Below, piece after piece: positions 39,889 to 48,411 of a stretch of DNA of 64,000 nt. Below the pieces are notes generated by a model. That model saw nothing but the letters and a program-made list of their open reading frames with translations. It searched no databases and had not been told where the DNA came from. The stretch lies in NCBI GenBank assembly GCA_026989495.1, contig JALSJE010000054.1, positions 5,271 to 69,270 on the forward strand. The letters run 5' to 3'. The translations under genes were made by a program, and so were the position numbers. Numbering within the stretch: position 1 is the stretch's first letter; each line of letters begins with the position of its first letter. This stretch comes from Gammaproteobacteria bacterium. GTDB taxonomy: Bacteria; Pseudomonadota; Gammaproteobacteria; S144-34.

Positions 39889-41187
39889 ATGCGCCCACAC
39901 CCTCTCCGCGCGCCGGCCCTGGTCCTGCTGACGCTGGCGCTGCTGCTGCCCCTGCATCCTGCGCCGGCCGCCGTCGAGCCCATCGAGCGCATCGTCGCCG
40001 TGGTCAACGACGGGGTGGTCCTGGAGAGCGAGCTGCGCAACCGGATGCGCACCGTGGTGGCGCAGCTCCAGGCCCGCGGCACGCAGCTTCCGCCCGCGCC
40101 GGTGCTTCGCCGCCAGGTGCTCGAGCGCCTCATCCTCGAGCGCATCCAGCTCCAGATCGCCGAGCGGCTCGGGATCCGGGTGGACGACGAGACCCTCAAC
40201 CGGGCCATCCGCGACATCGCACGCCGCAACGGCATGGATCTGGACACCTTCCGCCGCACGCTCGAGCGCGACGGCTTCAGCTTCGAGCGCTTCCGCGAGG
40301 ACGTGCGCGCCGAGATGATCATCGCGCGCCTGCAGCGCCAGCAGGTGGCGAGCCGCGTCACGGTCTCCGACCAGGAGGTGGAGGACTTCCTCTCCAGCGC
40401 CCAGGCCCAGACCCGGCGCAGCTACCGCCTCGCCCACATCCTCGTCGCCGTGCCCGAGGCGGCCACCCCCGAGCAGATCGCCGCCGCGCGCCGCGAGGCG
40501 GAGGAGGTCCTGCGCCGCCTGCGCGCCGGGGCGGACTTCGCCGAGATGGCCGTGGCCCACTCGGACGGGCAGAAGGCCCTGGAGGGCGGCGACCTGGGCT
40601 GGCGCCGTGCCGACGAGCTGCCGAGCCTCTTCGCCGAGGTGGTGCCGAGGCTCGAGCCGGGCGATGTGAGCGAGCTCATCCGCAGCCCCAGCGGCTTCCA
40701 TATCATCAAGCTGGTGGCCGTGCGCGGCGACGAGCCGCACGTGGTCGAGCAGGTGCGCCTGCGGCACATCCTGCTGCGGCCCGGCGAACTGCTGAGCGAC
40801 GAGGAGGCCCGCATCCGCCTCGAGCAGCTGCGCGAGCGTGTGCTCGCCGGCGAGCCGTTCGAGGCGCTCGCGCGCGCCCACTCCGACGATCCGGTGAGCG
40901 CCGCCAAGGGGGGTGACATGGGCTGGCTCAGCCCCGCGGAGCTCCCGCCGGAGATCGCCGAGGTGGTGCGCGAGCTGGAGCCCGGCCAGGTGAGCGCTCC
41001 CTTCCGCACCCGCTTCGGCTGGCACCTGGTGCAGCTCGTGGACCAGCGCCGCCACGACGACACCGAGGGGTGGCGCCGCGCCCGGGCGCGCGAGCTCCTG
41101 CACCGGCGCAAGGTGGAGGAACGCCTCCAGCTCTGGCTGCGCCAGCTCCGCGACGAGGCCTACGTGGAGCTGCGCCTCGAGGGCTGA
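39889..41187 (+). CDS. surA: periplasmic chaperone / peptidyl-prolyl isomerase SurA
   Basis: This is the 3' part of ORF 39667..41187(+), with the ATG at 39889. Has a signal peptide, IVAVVNDGVVLESEL, and two parvulin domains (SGFHIIKL, FGWHLVQL). Confidence 0.95.
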   Translation: MRPHPLRAPALVLLTLALLLPLHPAPAAVEPIERIVAVVNDGVVLESELRNRMRTVVAQLQARGTQLPPAPVLRRQVLERLILERIQLQIAERLGIRVDDETLNRAIRDIARRNGMDLDTFRRTLERDGFSFERFREDVRAEMIIARLQRQQVASRVTVSDQEVEDFLSSAQAQTRRSYRLAHILVAVPEAATPEQIAAARREAEEVLRRLRAGADFAEMAVAHSDGQKALEGGDLGWRRADELPSLFAEVVPRLEPGDVSELIRSPSGFHIIKLVAVRGDEPHVVEQVRLRHILLRPGELLSDEEARIRLEQLRERVLAGEPFEALARAHSDDPVSAAKGGDMGWLSPAELPPEIAEVVRELEPGQVSAPFRTRFGWHLVQLVDQRRHDDTEGWRRARARELLHRRKVEERLQLWLRQLRDEAYVELRLEG

Positions 41188-41209
41188 GGGCGCGCCGGCC
41201 CGCCCCTCC

Positions 41210-42181
41210 ATGCGCATCGCGGTCACCCCCGGCGAGCCCGCGGGCATCGGGCCCGACGTGCTGCTGTGCGTGACGGCCGAGGGCGCGCCCGCCACGCTCG
41301 TCGCCTATGCCGACCCCGCCCAGCTCGCCGCCCGCGCCGCCCGCCTGGGCCTCGGGTCCCTGCGCATCGTCGAGGACGACGGCGTCGACGCCCCCCGCGC
41401 AGGGCTGCTGCGGGTGCGGCCGGTGCCGCTCGCGCGCTCCGACGATGCGCCCGGCGAGCCCGATCCCGGCAACGCACCCGCCCTGCTCGCGGCGCTGCGC
41501 GCGGCCGTGGCCGACTGCCGCGCCGGCCGCTGCGCCGCACTGGTCACGGGCCCCCTGAGCAAGGCCGTGGTCGCCCGCGGCGCCGGCATCCCCTTCTCCG
41601 GCCACACCGAGTTCCTCGCCGCGCTCACCGGGAGCGTGCCCGTGATGATGCTCGCCGCCGGCACGCTGCGGGTGGCGGTGGCCACCACGCACCTGCCCCT
41701 GCGCGCCGTGCCCGGCGCCCTCGACCGGGACGGGATCGCAACGACGCTGCGCATCATGGACCGCGACCTGCGCGCGCGCTTCCGCATCGCCGAGCCCCGC
41801 ATCCTGGTGTGCGGCCTCAACCCGCACGCCGGCGAGGACGGCGAGCTCGGCGACGAGGAGACGCGCATCATCGCCCCCGCCATCGCGCTCGCCCGGAAGC
41901 GCGGCGTGCGCGCGACGGGGCCGGTCCCGGCCGACACGGCCTTCACCCCGGCGCGTCTCGCCGGCTGCGACGCCGTGCTCGCCATGTACCACGACCAGGG
42001 TCTGCCCGTGATCAAGCACGCCGCCTTCGACCGTGCGGTGAACGTGACCCTGGGGCTGCCCATCGTGCGCACCTCGGTGGACCACGGCACGGCCTTCGAG
42101 CTGGCCGGCACAGGGCGCGCCGATCCGGCGAGCTTCCGCGCCGCCGTGGCGCTCGCCGCCGAGCTCGCCGCCGACGGCTGA
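41210..42181 (+). CDS. pdxA: 4-hydroxythreonine-4-phosphate dehydrogenase
   Basis: ORF 41210..42181(+). Contains TPGEPAGIGPD, GHTEFLA, GLNPHAGE and TSVDHGTAF. Confidence 0.95.
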   Translation: MRIAVTPGEPAGIGPDVLLCVTAEGAPATLVAYADPAQLAARAARLGLGSLRIVEDDGVDAPRAGLLRVRPVPLARSDDAPGEPDPGNAPALLAALRAAVADCRAGRCAALVTGPLSKAVVARGAGIPFSGHTEFLAALTGSVPVMMLAAGTLRVAVATTHLPLRAVPGALDRDGIATTLRIMDRDLRARFRIAEPRILVCGLNPHAGEDGELGDEETRIIAPAIALARKRGVRATGPVPADTAFTPARLAGCDAVLAMYHDQGLPVIKHAAFDRAVNVTLGLPIVRTSVDHGTAFELAGTGRADPASFRAAVALAAELAADG

Positions 42182-42978
42182 TGGCGCACCGGCCGCGCAA
42201 GCGCTTCGGGCAGCACTTCCTGCACGACGCGCGCGTGATCGCAGGGATCCTCCGCGCCATGGACCCGCGGCCCGGCCAGACCGTGGTCGAGATCGGCCCC
42301 GGCCTCGGCGCGCTCACCCTGCCGCTGCTGGAGCGCCTCGGCGAGCTGCACGTGGTCGAGCTCGACCGCGACCTGGTGCCGGCGCTCGCCGCCCGCACGG
42401 TGGGCAAGGGCCGGCTCCACATTCACCAGGCCGACGCGACGCGTTTCGACTTCCGCCCGCTGGCCCCGCCCGGGGCCCGCATCCGCGTGGTGGGAAATCT
42501 CCCCTACAACGTCTCCACACCGCTGCTGTTCCATCTCCTCGACCAGCTCGACGCCATCGAGGACCTGCACCTCATGCTGCAGAAAGAGGTGGTGCAGCGC
42601 ATGGCCGCGACCCCGGGCGGCAGGGACTACGGGCGGCTCTCGGTGATGGTGCAGTGGCGCTGCCGGGTCGAGCCCCTGTTCCATGTGGGCCCTGGCGCCT
42701 TCCGCCCTCCGCCCAGGGTCACGTCCACCGTGGTGCGGCTCGTCCCGCATCCTGCGGCCCCATTCGAGGTCCACGACCCGCGGCTGTTCGCTCAGGTGGT
42801 GGCGGCCGCCTTCTCGCAGCGGCGCAAGACCCTGCGCAACGCGCTCGCAGCGCTCGCGGGGGAGACGGCGATCCGCGGGGCGGGGCTCGACCCCGGCGCC
42901 CGCCCCGAGCAGGTGCCGCCTGCGGGCTTCGCCCGCCTCGCCAACCGCCTCGCCGCCCGGACCGCGCCCGGCGGCTAG
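42181..42978 (+). CDS. rsmA: 16S rRNA (adenine1518/1519-N6)-dimethyltransferase
   Basis: This is the 3' part of ORF 41266..42978(+). The ATG at 42181 overlaps the pdxA stop. Contains KRFGQHFLHD, VEIGPGLGALT and GNLPYNVSTP. Confidence 0.95.
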   Translation: MAHRPRKRFGQHFLHDARVIAGILRAMDPRPGQTVVEIGPGLGALTLPLLERLGELHVVELDRDLVPALAARTVGKGRLHIHQADATRFDFRPLAPPGARIRVVGNLPYNVSTPLLFHLLDQLDAIEDLHLMLQKEVVQRMAATPGGRDYGRLSVMVQWRCRVEPLFHVGPGAFRPPPRVTSTVVRLVPHPAAPFEVHDPRLFAQVVAAAFSQRRKTLRNALAALAGETAIRGAGLDPGARPEQVPPAGFARLANRLAARTAPGG

Positions 42979-43001
42979 CCTTCCTTCTGCCTGCCGCCTG
43001 T

Positions 43002-43298
43002 TCAGAAGCGCCCGCGCACGCCCACGTACACGGCACGACGCTCGTACCACAGGTGCGGGCGGCCCTGCCCGGAGCCGTCCTCGCCCCGCAGCCGCGCGGC
43101 CAGCCGGCGCAGCCGGTCGCCCGCCGTCCCCTCGAGGGGCTTCGCCTCCCGCACCGGTGCCCGGAGGTCGAGCCCCACGCTCAGGCGCAGGCAGTCGGGC
43201 ACGCGCACGTCCCCGGCGCGCGCGCTGCCGGCGGCGAGCCCGAGGCAGGCGAGCACGGCTGCAGAGGCCGCAATCGTCCGGAGCCCTCGACGCGACAT
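43002..43298 (-). CDS. small secreted protein, paralog 1 (98 aa, ends ...WYERRAVYVGVRGRF)
   Basis: ORF 43002..43328(-) trimmed to the ATG at 43298, preceded by GGGGAG. Signal peptide is MSRRGLRTIAASAAVLACLGLAAGSARA. The C-terminal motif is shared with the next gene. Confidence 0.6.
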   Translation of the reverse strand: MSRRGLRTIAASAAVLACLGLAAGSARAGDVRVPDCLRLSVGLDLRAPVREAKPLEGTAGDRLRRLAARLRGEDGSGQGRPHLWYERRAVYVGVRGRF

Positions 43299-43308
43299 GC
43301 GCGCTCCC

Positions 43309-43650
43309 CTAGAAGCGCCGCTGCACACCGAGGAAGAGGAATCCGTCCGGATACCAGCGCTCGGCGGCGCGGCGCCCGAAGTAGGGGCCCGCGCCGCTCG
43401 GCCGATCGGGCAGCAGGGCCCCCGCAGGGCGCCCGAAGGTGATCGAGATGGACGCCTCTTCCGAAGGCTCGGGGGCCGCCAGCCGCAGAGAGGGCGGCGG
43501 GGGAAGGATCCGGTCCTTGAGCTCGGACCAGCGCCAGTGGAGCCCCGGCGGCTCGGCGGCGCGGGCCGCCGCGGTCAGCAGCACGCCCAGGGCCACGCCC
43601 AGCGCCAGCAGGACCATGGGATCGGGCCGATGGCGAGGTCTGCGGTTCAT
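43309..43650 (-). CDS. small secreted protein, paralog 2 (113 aa, ends ...WYPDGFLFLGVQRRF)
   Basis: ORF 43309..43650(-). The ATG is preceded by a perfect GGAGG at 6-nt spacing. Has a hydrophobic signal/anchor segment, MVLLALGVALGVLLTAAARAA. Confidence 0.65.
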   Translation of the reverse strand: MNRRPRHRPDPMVLLALGVALGVLLTAAARAAEPPGLHWRWSELKDRILPPPPSLRLAAPEPSEEASISITFGRPAGALLPDRPSGAGPYFGRRAAERWYPDGFLFLGVQRRF

Positions 43651-43910
43651 GATGCACCTCCTCGATGCCTGCGGAGGGCCGGGCCCTCCGCCCTTGCGGC
43701 CCAGTCTCCGGGCCGCCGGCGGCCCCGTCAGCGATGCGGGTCACAACCCGGACGTGGCCCCGCCCGCAGTTCGGGCGGCTGCCCGCGCCCCATGTCCGGT
43801 TTCTCCTGCCGAATCGTGGACCTGCATGCACCAGCCTGCACGGCAGGCACGCCTGCATGCGCAACTCGTTGTTTCAGCGGGCCTTTCGTCGGAAAGGCCG
43901 GCGGCCGGAC

Positions 43911-44123
43911 TCAGCCGCCCTCGCGGTAGTGCGGATCCACCCAGCAGCGCGGGAGCGGCTCGCCCGAGGGGAAGGCGAGCTCGGCCTTGCGGAACGTGGC
44001 CGGGTCCTGCAGCTCCTCGCCGCGGTGGAAGCGGCCCACGACGGCATCGCGGCAGGGATCGAACAGCGACCTCGGGTCGAGGATCTCGACCAGGTCACCG
44101 CTGGGCTCGTGCTTCAGGTACAT
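43911..44123 (-). CDS. small conserved hypothetical protein (70 aa)
   Basis: ORF 43911..44162(-) trimmed to the ATG at 44123, preceded by GGGAGG. Reads MYLKHEPSGDLVEILDPRSLFDPCRDAVVGRFHRGEELQDPATFRKAELAFPSGEPLPRCWVDPHYR. From memory it resembles a small family seen in pseudomonads; this is unverified. Confidence 0.6.
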   Translation of the reverse strand: MYLKHEPSGDLVEILDPRSLFDPCRDAVVGRFHRGEELQDPATFRKAELAFPSGEPLPRCWVDPHYREGG

Positions 44124-44206
44124 GGCGCACCTCCCGTTGACGCGGCACCGCACCGCCACCATTGTGGGACGTGGCGCCCCGTCGGGGGCTTTTCAACAGG
44201 CGCGCC

Positions 44207-44992
44207 ATGATCCGGAGCCGGCCGAGCGGAACCCTCGTCGAGGCGGCCCTCACCGTCCGGGCCACGCCCGGAGCGGCGGCCGCGGCGGCGGCGGAGGCCT
44301 TCGAGGCCGCGGCGCGCACGGCCACGAGCGTGCGGGGCGCCTTCCACGTGGCGCTGGCAGGCGGGTCCACGCCGGCGGCGCTCTACCGCCGCCTCGCCGC
44401 GCGGGCCGGGGCGGTGGACTGGGGCCGTGTGCATGTATGGTTCGGCGACGAGCGCGCCGTGCCCTGGGACCACCCGGCGAGCAACTACCGCATGGCACGC
44501 GAGGTGCTGCTCGACCACGTGCCCATCCCACCCGGGCAGGTGCATCCCATCCGGGCGCGCACGGCCTGTATCCGACAGGACGCGGCCGCCTACGCCGCCG
44601 CCCTGCGGCGCCACCTGCCGTCCGGCCCGGGGGGCTTCCCGATGCTGGACCTCGTGCTCCTCGGGCTGGGCGCGGACGGCCACACGGCCTCCCTGTTCCC
44701 CGGCACCTGCATCCTCCATCAGCGCGAGCGCCCGGTGGAGGCCGTCTACGTGCCGGGCCTGCGCGCGTGGCGCATCAGCCTCACCTTCCCGACCCTCGAG
44801 GCGGCGCGCGCGGTGCATTTCCTGGTCACGGGCGGGGCCAAGGCCGATGCCGTGCGCCGGACGCTCGCGCCCGGCCCGGACGGCGACCTCACGCCGGCGG
44901 GCCGCCTGTGCCAGGCGCGGCCCACGCGCTGGTTCCTCGACGCGGCCGCGGCCGGCGCGCTGCCGCACGCCGCGCGGGAGGCCCGGGAATGA
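44207..44992 (+). CDS. pgl: 6-phosphogluconolactonase
   Basis: ORF 44162..44992(+) with the ATG at 44207. Contains VALAGGSTP, WFGDERAVP and LGLGADGHTASLFPG. Confidence 0.92.
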   Translation: MIRSRPSGTLVEAALTVRATPGAAAAAAAEAFEAAARTATSVRGAFHVALAGGSTPAALYRRLAARAGAVDWGRVHVWFGDERAVPWDHPASNYRMAREVLLDHVPIPPGQVHPIRARTACIRQDAAAYAAALRRHLPSGPGGFPMLDLVLLGLGADGHTASLFPGTCILHQRERPVEAVYVPGLRAWRISLTFPTLEAARAVHFLVTGGAKADAVRRTLAPGPDGDLTPAGRLCQARPTRWFLDAAAAGALPHAAREARE

Positions 44993-45996
44993 GGGTGCTC
45001 GCCGCCGACGTGGGCGGTACGAAGACCCTCGTGGCCCTTGGCGAGGCGGGGCCGGACGGCCGCCCCCGCGTGCTCGCCCGGCGCCGCTACGCCAGTGCCG
45101 GATGGGCCGGGCTCGAGCCCCTGCTGCGGGACTTCCTCGACGGGGCCGCGCCCGGTCCCCCGCCCGCCGCCGCCTGCCTGGCGGTGGCGGGGCCCGTCAC
45201 CGGCGGCGAGGAAAACCAGACCGCGCGGGTGACCAACCTGACCTGGACCCTGGACGGCCGGGCGCTGGCCCGCGCGCTGGACATCGGCCGCGTGCGGCTG
45301 GTGAACGACTTCGCCGCAGTCGCCCGCGGCCTCGACGCCCTCGGCCCGGAGGACGTGGAGACCCTCCAGGCGGGCCGGCCGGAGCCCGGGACGCCGCGCG
45401 CGGTGATCGGGGCCGGCACCGGCCTGGGGCTCGCCCTGCTGGTCCCGGAGCGCGCGGGCGGCTGGCGCGTGCTGCCCTCGGAGGGCGGCCACGCCGACTT
45501 CGCCCCCGCCGACCCCGAGCAGGCGGCGCTCGCCGAATGGCTCCGCCCGCGGCTGGGGCGGGTGAGCGTCGAGCACGTGCTCTCCGGCCGGGGGCTTGTG
45601 CGCATCCTCGAGTTCCTGGCCGGCCGCGAGGGCCGCGAGCCTGGCCCCGAGCTCGTGCGGGCCATGAAAGGGGGTGATCCGGCCGCGGCCATCGGCGAGG
45701 CGGCGCTGGCCGGGAGCGACCCCCTGGCCGCGGCGGCCGTGGCGCTGTTCGTGCGCGCCTACGGCGCCCACGCCGGCGACCTGGCCCTGCTCGCCCTGCC
45801 CCGGGGCGGGCTGTACGTGGCCGGAGGCATCGCCCCGCGGCTCGCGCCCCTGCTGCGGGCAGGCGGCTTCATGGACGCCTTCCGCGCCAAGCCGCCCATG
45901 GAGGCGCTGCTGGCCGCGATCCCCGTCCACCTCGTGCGCAATCCGGAGGCCGGCCTGCTGGGGGCGCTGGCGCTCGCCCTCGAGACGGCCGGCTGA
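44989..45996 (+). CDS. glk: glucokinase
   Basis: This is the 3' part of ORF 43987..45996(+). The ATG at 44989 overlaps the pgl stop (ATGA). Contains MRVLAADVGGTKT, VNDFAAVA, GAGTGLG, EGGHADFAP and ERVLSGRGL-type motifs. Confidence 0.92.
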   Translation: MRVLAADVGGTKTLVALGEAGPDGRPRVLARRRYASAGWAGLEPLLRDFLDGAAPGPPPAAACLAVAGPVTGGEENQTARVTNLTWTLDGRALARALDIGRVRLVNDFAAVARGLDALGPEDVETLQAGRPEPGTPRAVIGAGTGLGLALLVPERAGGWRVLPSEGGHADFAPADPEQAALAEWLRPRLGRVSVEHVLSGRGLVRILEFLAGREGREPGPELVRAMKGGDPAAAIGEAALAGSDPLAAAAVALFVRAYGAHAGDLALLALPRGGLYVAGGIAPRLAPLLRAGGFMDAFRAKPPMEALLAAIPVHLVRNPEAGLLGALALALETAG

Positions 45997-46060
45997 GCGG
46001 CCCCCTTTTCCGCACAGGGCGTCCGTGGACTGGGACGGCGCGCTGGGCTAACGTGGAGAC

Positions 46061-46444
46061 ATGAGCGAGCAGGCACCCTACCGCATCCAGGTCGAGCCCG
46101 TGGCCTTCTACGTGCCGGAGCAGTCGGATCCGGCCGCGGGCCGCTATGTCTTCGGCTACACCATCACCATCCGCAACGTCGGCCAGGTGCCGGCGCGGCT
46201 GCTCTCGCGCCACTGGATCATCACCGACGCCCATGGCCGCGTGCAGGAGGTGCAGGGCGAGGGGGTGGTGGGCGAGCAGCCGCGCCTCGCCCCGGGCGAG
46301 GCCTTCCAGTACACCAGCGGCGCGGTGCTGGAGACCCCCGTGGGCTCCATGCGCGGGCGCTACCACATGCTCGCCGACGACGGCGTGCGCTTCGAGGCCG
46401 AGATCCCGCCCTTCACCCTCTCGGTGCCCAACGCCCTGCACTGA
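46061..46444 (+). CDS. apaG: ApaG (DUF525) protein
   Basis: ORF 46061..46444(+), 127 aa. Contains YVFGYTITIRNVGQVPARLLSRHWIITDAHGRVQEVQGEGVVGEQP. Confidence 0.95.
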   Translation: MSEQAPYRIQVEPVAFYVPEQSDPAAGRYVFGYTITIRNVGQVPARLLSRHWIITDAHGRVQEVQGEGVVGEQPRLAPGEAFQYTSGAVLETPVGSMRGRYHMLADDGVRFEAEIPPFTLSVPNALH

Positions 46445-47293
46445 ATGGCCGTCTACGCCGTCGGCGACCTGCAGGGCTGCCTCGATCCCCTGCGCCGGCT
46501 CCTCGACCGGCTGGGCTTCGATCCCGCCCGTGACCGCCTGTGGCTGACGGGCGACCTCGTCAACCGCGGCCCGAGCTCGCTGGAGACCCTGCGCTTCGTG
46601 CGCGGGCTCGGCGAGGCGGCGGTGTGCGTGCTCGGCAACCACGACCTGCACCTGCTGGCCGTGGCGGCCGGCGCCGCGCCCGGGCGGCCCGAGGACACGC
46701 TCGACGCGGTGCTGGAGGCACCCGACCGCGAGGCCCTGCTCGCGTGGCTGCGCGCACGGGCGCTCCTGCATCACGATGCCGCGCTCGGCTGGACCCTGGT
46801 GCATGCGGGGCTGCCGCCCCAGTGGGACCTGGCCGAGGCGGCCGAACGCGCGCGCGAGGCCGAGGCGGCCCTGCGCGGGCCCGGATGGCGGGCGCTGCTT
46901 GCCGCCATGTACGGCGACGAGCCCGCGCGCTGGGACCCCGCACTCGCGGGCCACGCACGGCTGCGCTTCATCGTCAACGCCCTCACGCGGCTGAGGTACT
47001 GCACCGCCGACGGGGCGCTGGCGCTGCGGCACAAGGGGCCGCCCGGGAGCCAGCCCGAAGGGTGCCTGCCCTGGTACGCCGTGCCCGGGCGCCGCAGCGC
47101 CGGCACGCGCATCGTCTTCGGCCACTGGTCCACCCTCGGGGCGCTGGCCGGCGGCACCGGCCGCGACGACGTCGTCTGCCTCGACGGCGGCTGCGTGTGG
47201 GGCGGGCGCCTGCTCGCGCTCCGCCTCGACGCGGAGGACGCACGCCCCCTCTCCGTCGGCTGCACCCGGGCACGCCTGCCCACGGGCTGGTAG
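46445..47293 (+). CDS. apaH: bis(5'-nucleosyl)-tetraphosphatase (symmetrical)
   Basis: ORF 46445..47293(+). Reads MAVYAVGDLQGCLDPLRRLLDRLGFDPARDRLWLTGDLVNRGPSS...GNHD (metallophosphatase motifs). Confidence 0.95.
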   Translation: MAVYAVGDLQGCLDPLRRLLDRLGFDPARDRLWLTGDLVNRGPSSLETLRFVRGLGEAAVCVLGNHDLHLLAVAAGAAPGRPEDTLDAVLEAPDREALLAWLRARALLHHDAALGWTLVHAGLPPQWDLAEAAERAREAEAALRGPGWRALLAAMYGDEPARWDPALAGHARLRFIVNALTRLRYCTADGALALRHKGPPGSQPEGCLPWYAVPGRRSAGTRIVFGHWSTLGALAGGTGRDDVVCLDGGCVWGGRLLALRLDAEDARPLSVGCTRARLPTGW

Positions 47294-47305
47294 GATGCTG
47301 GTAGG

Positions 47306-47902
47306 ATGATGTTCCCGGCCCTGAGGCCCGCGATGGCGATGACGGCCAGGAAGGTGTTCGAACCCCTTCTTTCCACACCCATCCGCCGCCGAACCGCCCT
47401 GTCCATCCGCCTGATCCTGGCAGTCTGCCTGTCGGCGGCCGCCTCGCGGGGCGAGGCCGTCGAGCTCGCGCTCGGCGGGTTGGGTGGCGGGCCCTTCCAG
47501 GAGCACCGCTACAGCGGCTACTCCCTGGCGTTCCGCGTGGGCACCCGCGTGCCGGACCGAGCGTCTTGGCTATTCCTCGGCGCCAGCCTGGATTCCATCG
47601 CCGGACGCGGAAGGCGGGCGATCATGGTGACGGCGGGGCCGGGCGTCGCCCTGCGGCTGGTTCAGGGGCGGCGATCGGCGCTCGTGCGCTACGAACTCCA
47701 CGGCGCGCTGCTCTCGCGCAACCGTTTCGGAGAACGCGACCTCGGTGGCCATTTCCAGTTCTTCCACCGCCTGAGCCTGCTGTGGCCGCTCGGCAGGCGC
47801 TACCATCTCGCCGCCGGCCTCTGGCACCTCTCCAACGGCGGGCTCTACGAGCGCAACCCCGGCCTCAGCGGCTTCACGCTCGAGATCGGCGCACGCTACT
47901 GA
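47306..47902 (+). CDS. PagL-like acyloxyacyl hydrolase (lipid A deacylase family) outer-membrane protein
   Basis: ORF 47306..47902(+). Has a signal peptide. The beta-strand-rich sequence ends ...[28 protein letters not shown]. The H-x-S-N-G motif and aromatic C-terminus fit the PagL family. Start codon is uncertain. Confidence 0.55.
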   Translation: MMFPALRPAMAMTARKVFEPLLSTPIRRRTALSIRLILAVCLSAAASRGEAVELALGGLGGGPFQEHRYSGYSLAFRVGTRVPDRASWLFLGASLDSIAGRGRRAIMVTAGPGVALRLVQGRRSALVRYELHGALLSRNRFGERDLGGHFQFFHRLSLLWPLGRRYHLAAGLWHLSNGGLYERNPGLSGFTLEIGARY

Positions 47903-48411
47903 CCGCGGAAGCGGACGCGGCGGCGCAGCTCGACGAAGGCGTAGGGCAGCGGGTTCTCGGCGTCGGGGGCATGGGCCTCGCGCGCAACCTCCTCCCACTC
48001 CGTGGGATCGAGGTCGGGGAAGCGGGCGTCGCCCTCGGGCTCGGCGTCCACCTCCGTGAGCAGGATGCGTCCGGCGAGCGGCAGGAAGGCCGCGTAGAGC
48101 TCGCCGCCGCCGATCACCATCACCTCCCCGGCGTCCGCCGCCGCGGCGAGCGCGGCCTCCGGCGAGCCGACCACCTCGGCGCCCGGGGCCCGGTAATCCG
48201 GCCGGCGTGTGACCACGATGTTGCGCCGGCCCGCGAGCGGGCGGCCGATGGACTCCCAAGTGCGCCGGCCCATGACGATCGGGTGACCCCAGGTCACGGC
48301 CCGGAACCGGCGCAGGTCCGCGGGCAGCCGCCAGGGCAGCCTTCCGGCGCGGCCGATGACGCCGTTGCGCGCCACCGCCGCCACCAGCGTGATGCGCGGC
48401 CCCGTGCTCAC
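47896..48411 (-). CDS. folA: dihydrofolate reductase
   Basis: This is the 3' part of ORF 47896..49275(-). The GTG at 48411 overlaps the thyA stop (GTGA). Contains [63 protein letters not shown]. Confidence 0.94.
   Translation of the reverse strand: MSTGPRITLVAAVARNGVIGRAGRLPWRLPADLRRFRAVTWGHPIVMGRRTWESIGRPLAGRRNIVVTRRPDYRAPGAEVVGSPEAALAAAADAGEVMVIGGGELYAAFLPLAGRILLTEVDAEPEGDARFPDLDPTEWEEVAREAHAPDAENPLPYAFVELRRRVRFRGQ

Noticed and set aside
37335-40361. A 1008-aa ORF on the minus strand, the longest in the window.
   Set aside because: It lies exactly antisense to lptD and the start of surA, and its translation is Arg/Ala/Gly/Pro-rich with no motifs. The plus strand carries unmistakable LptD and SurA sequence. 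It is a typical stop-codon-poor antisense frame of a ~70% GC genome.
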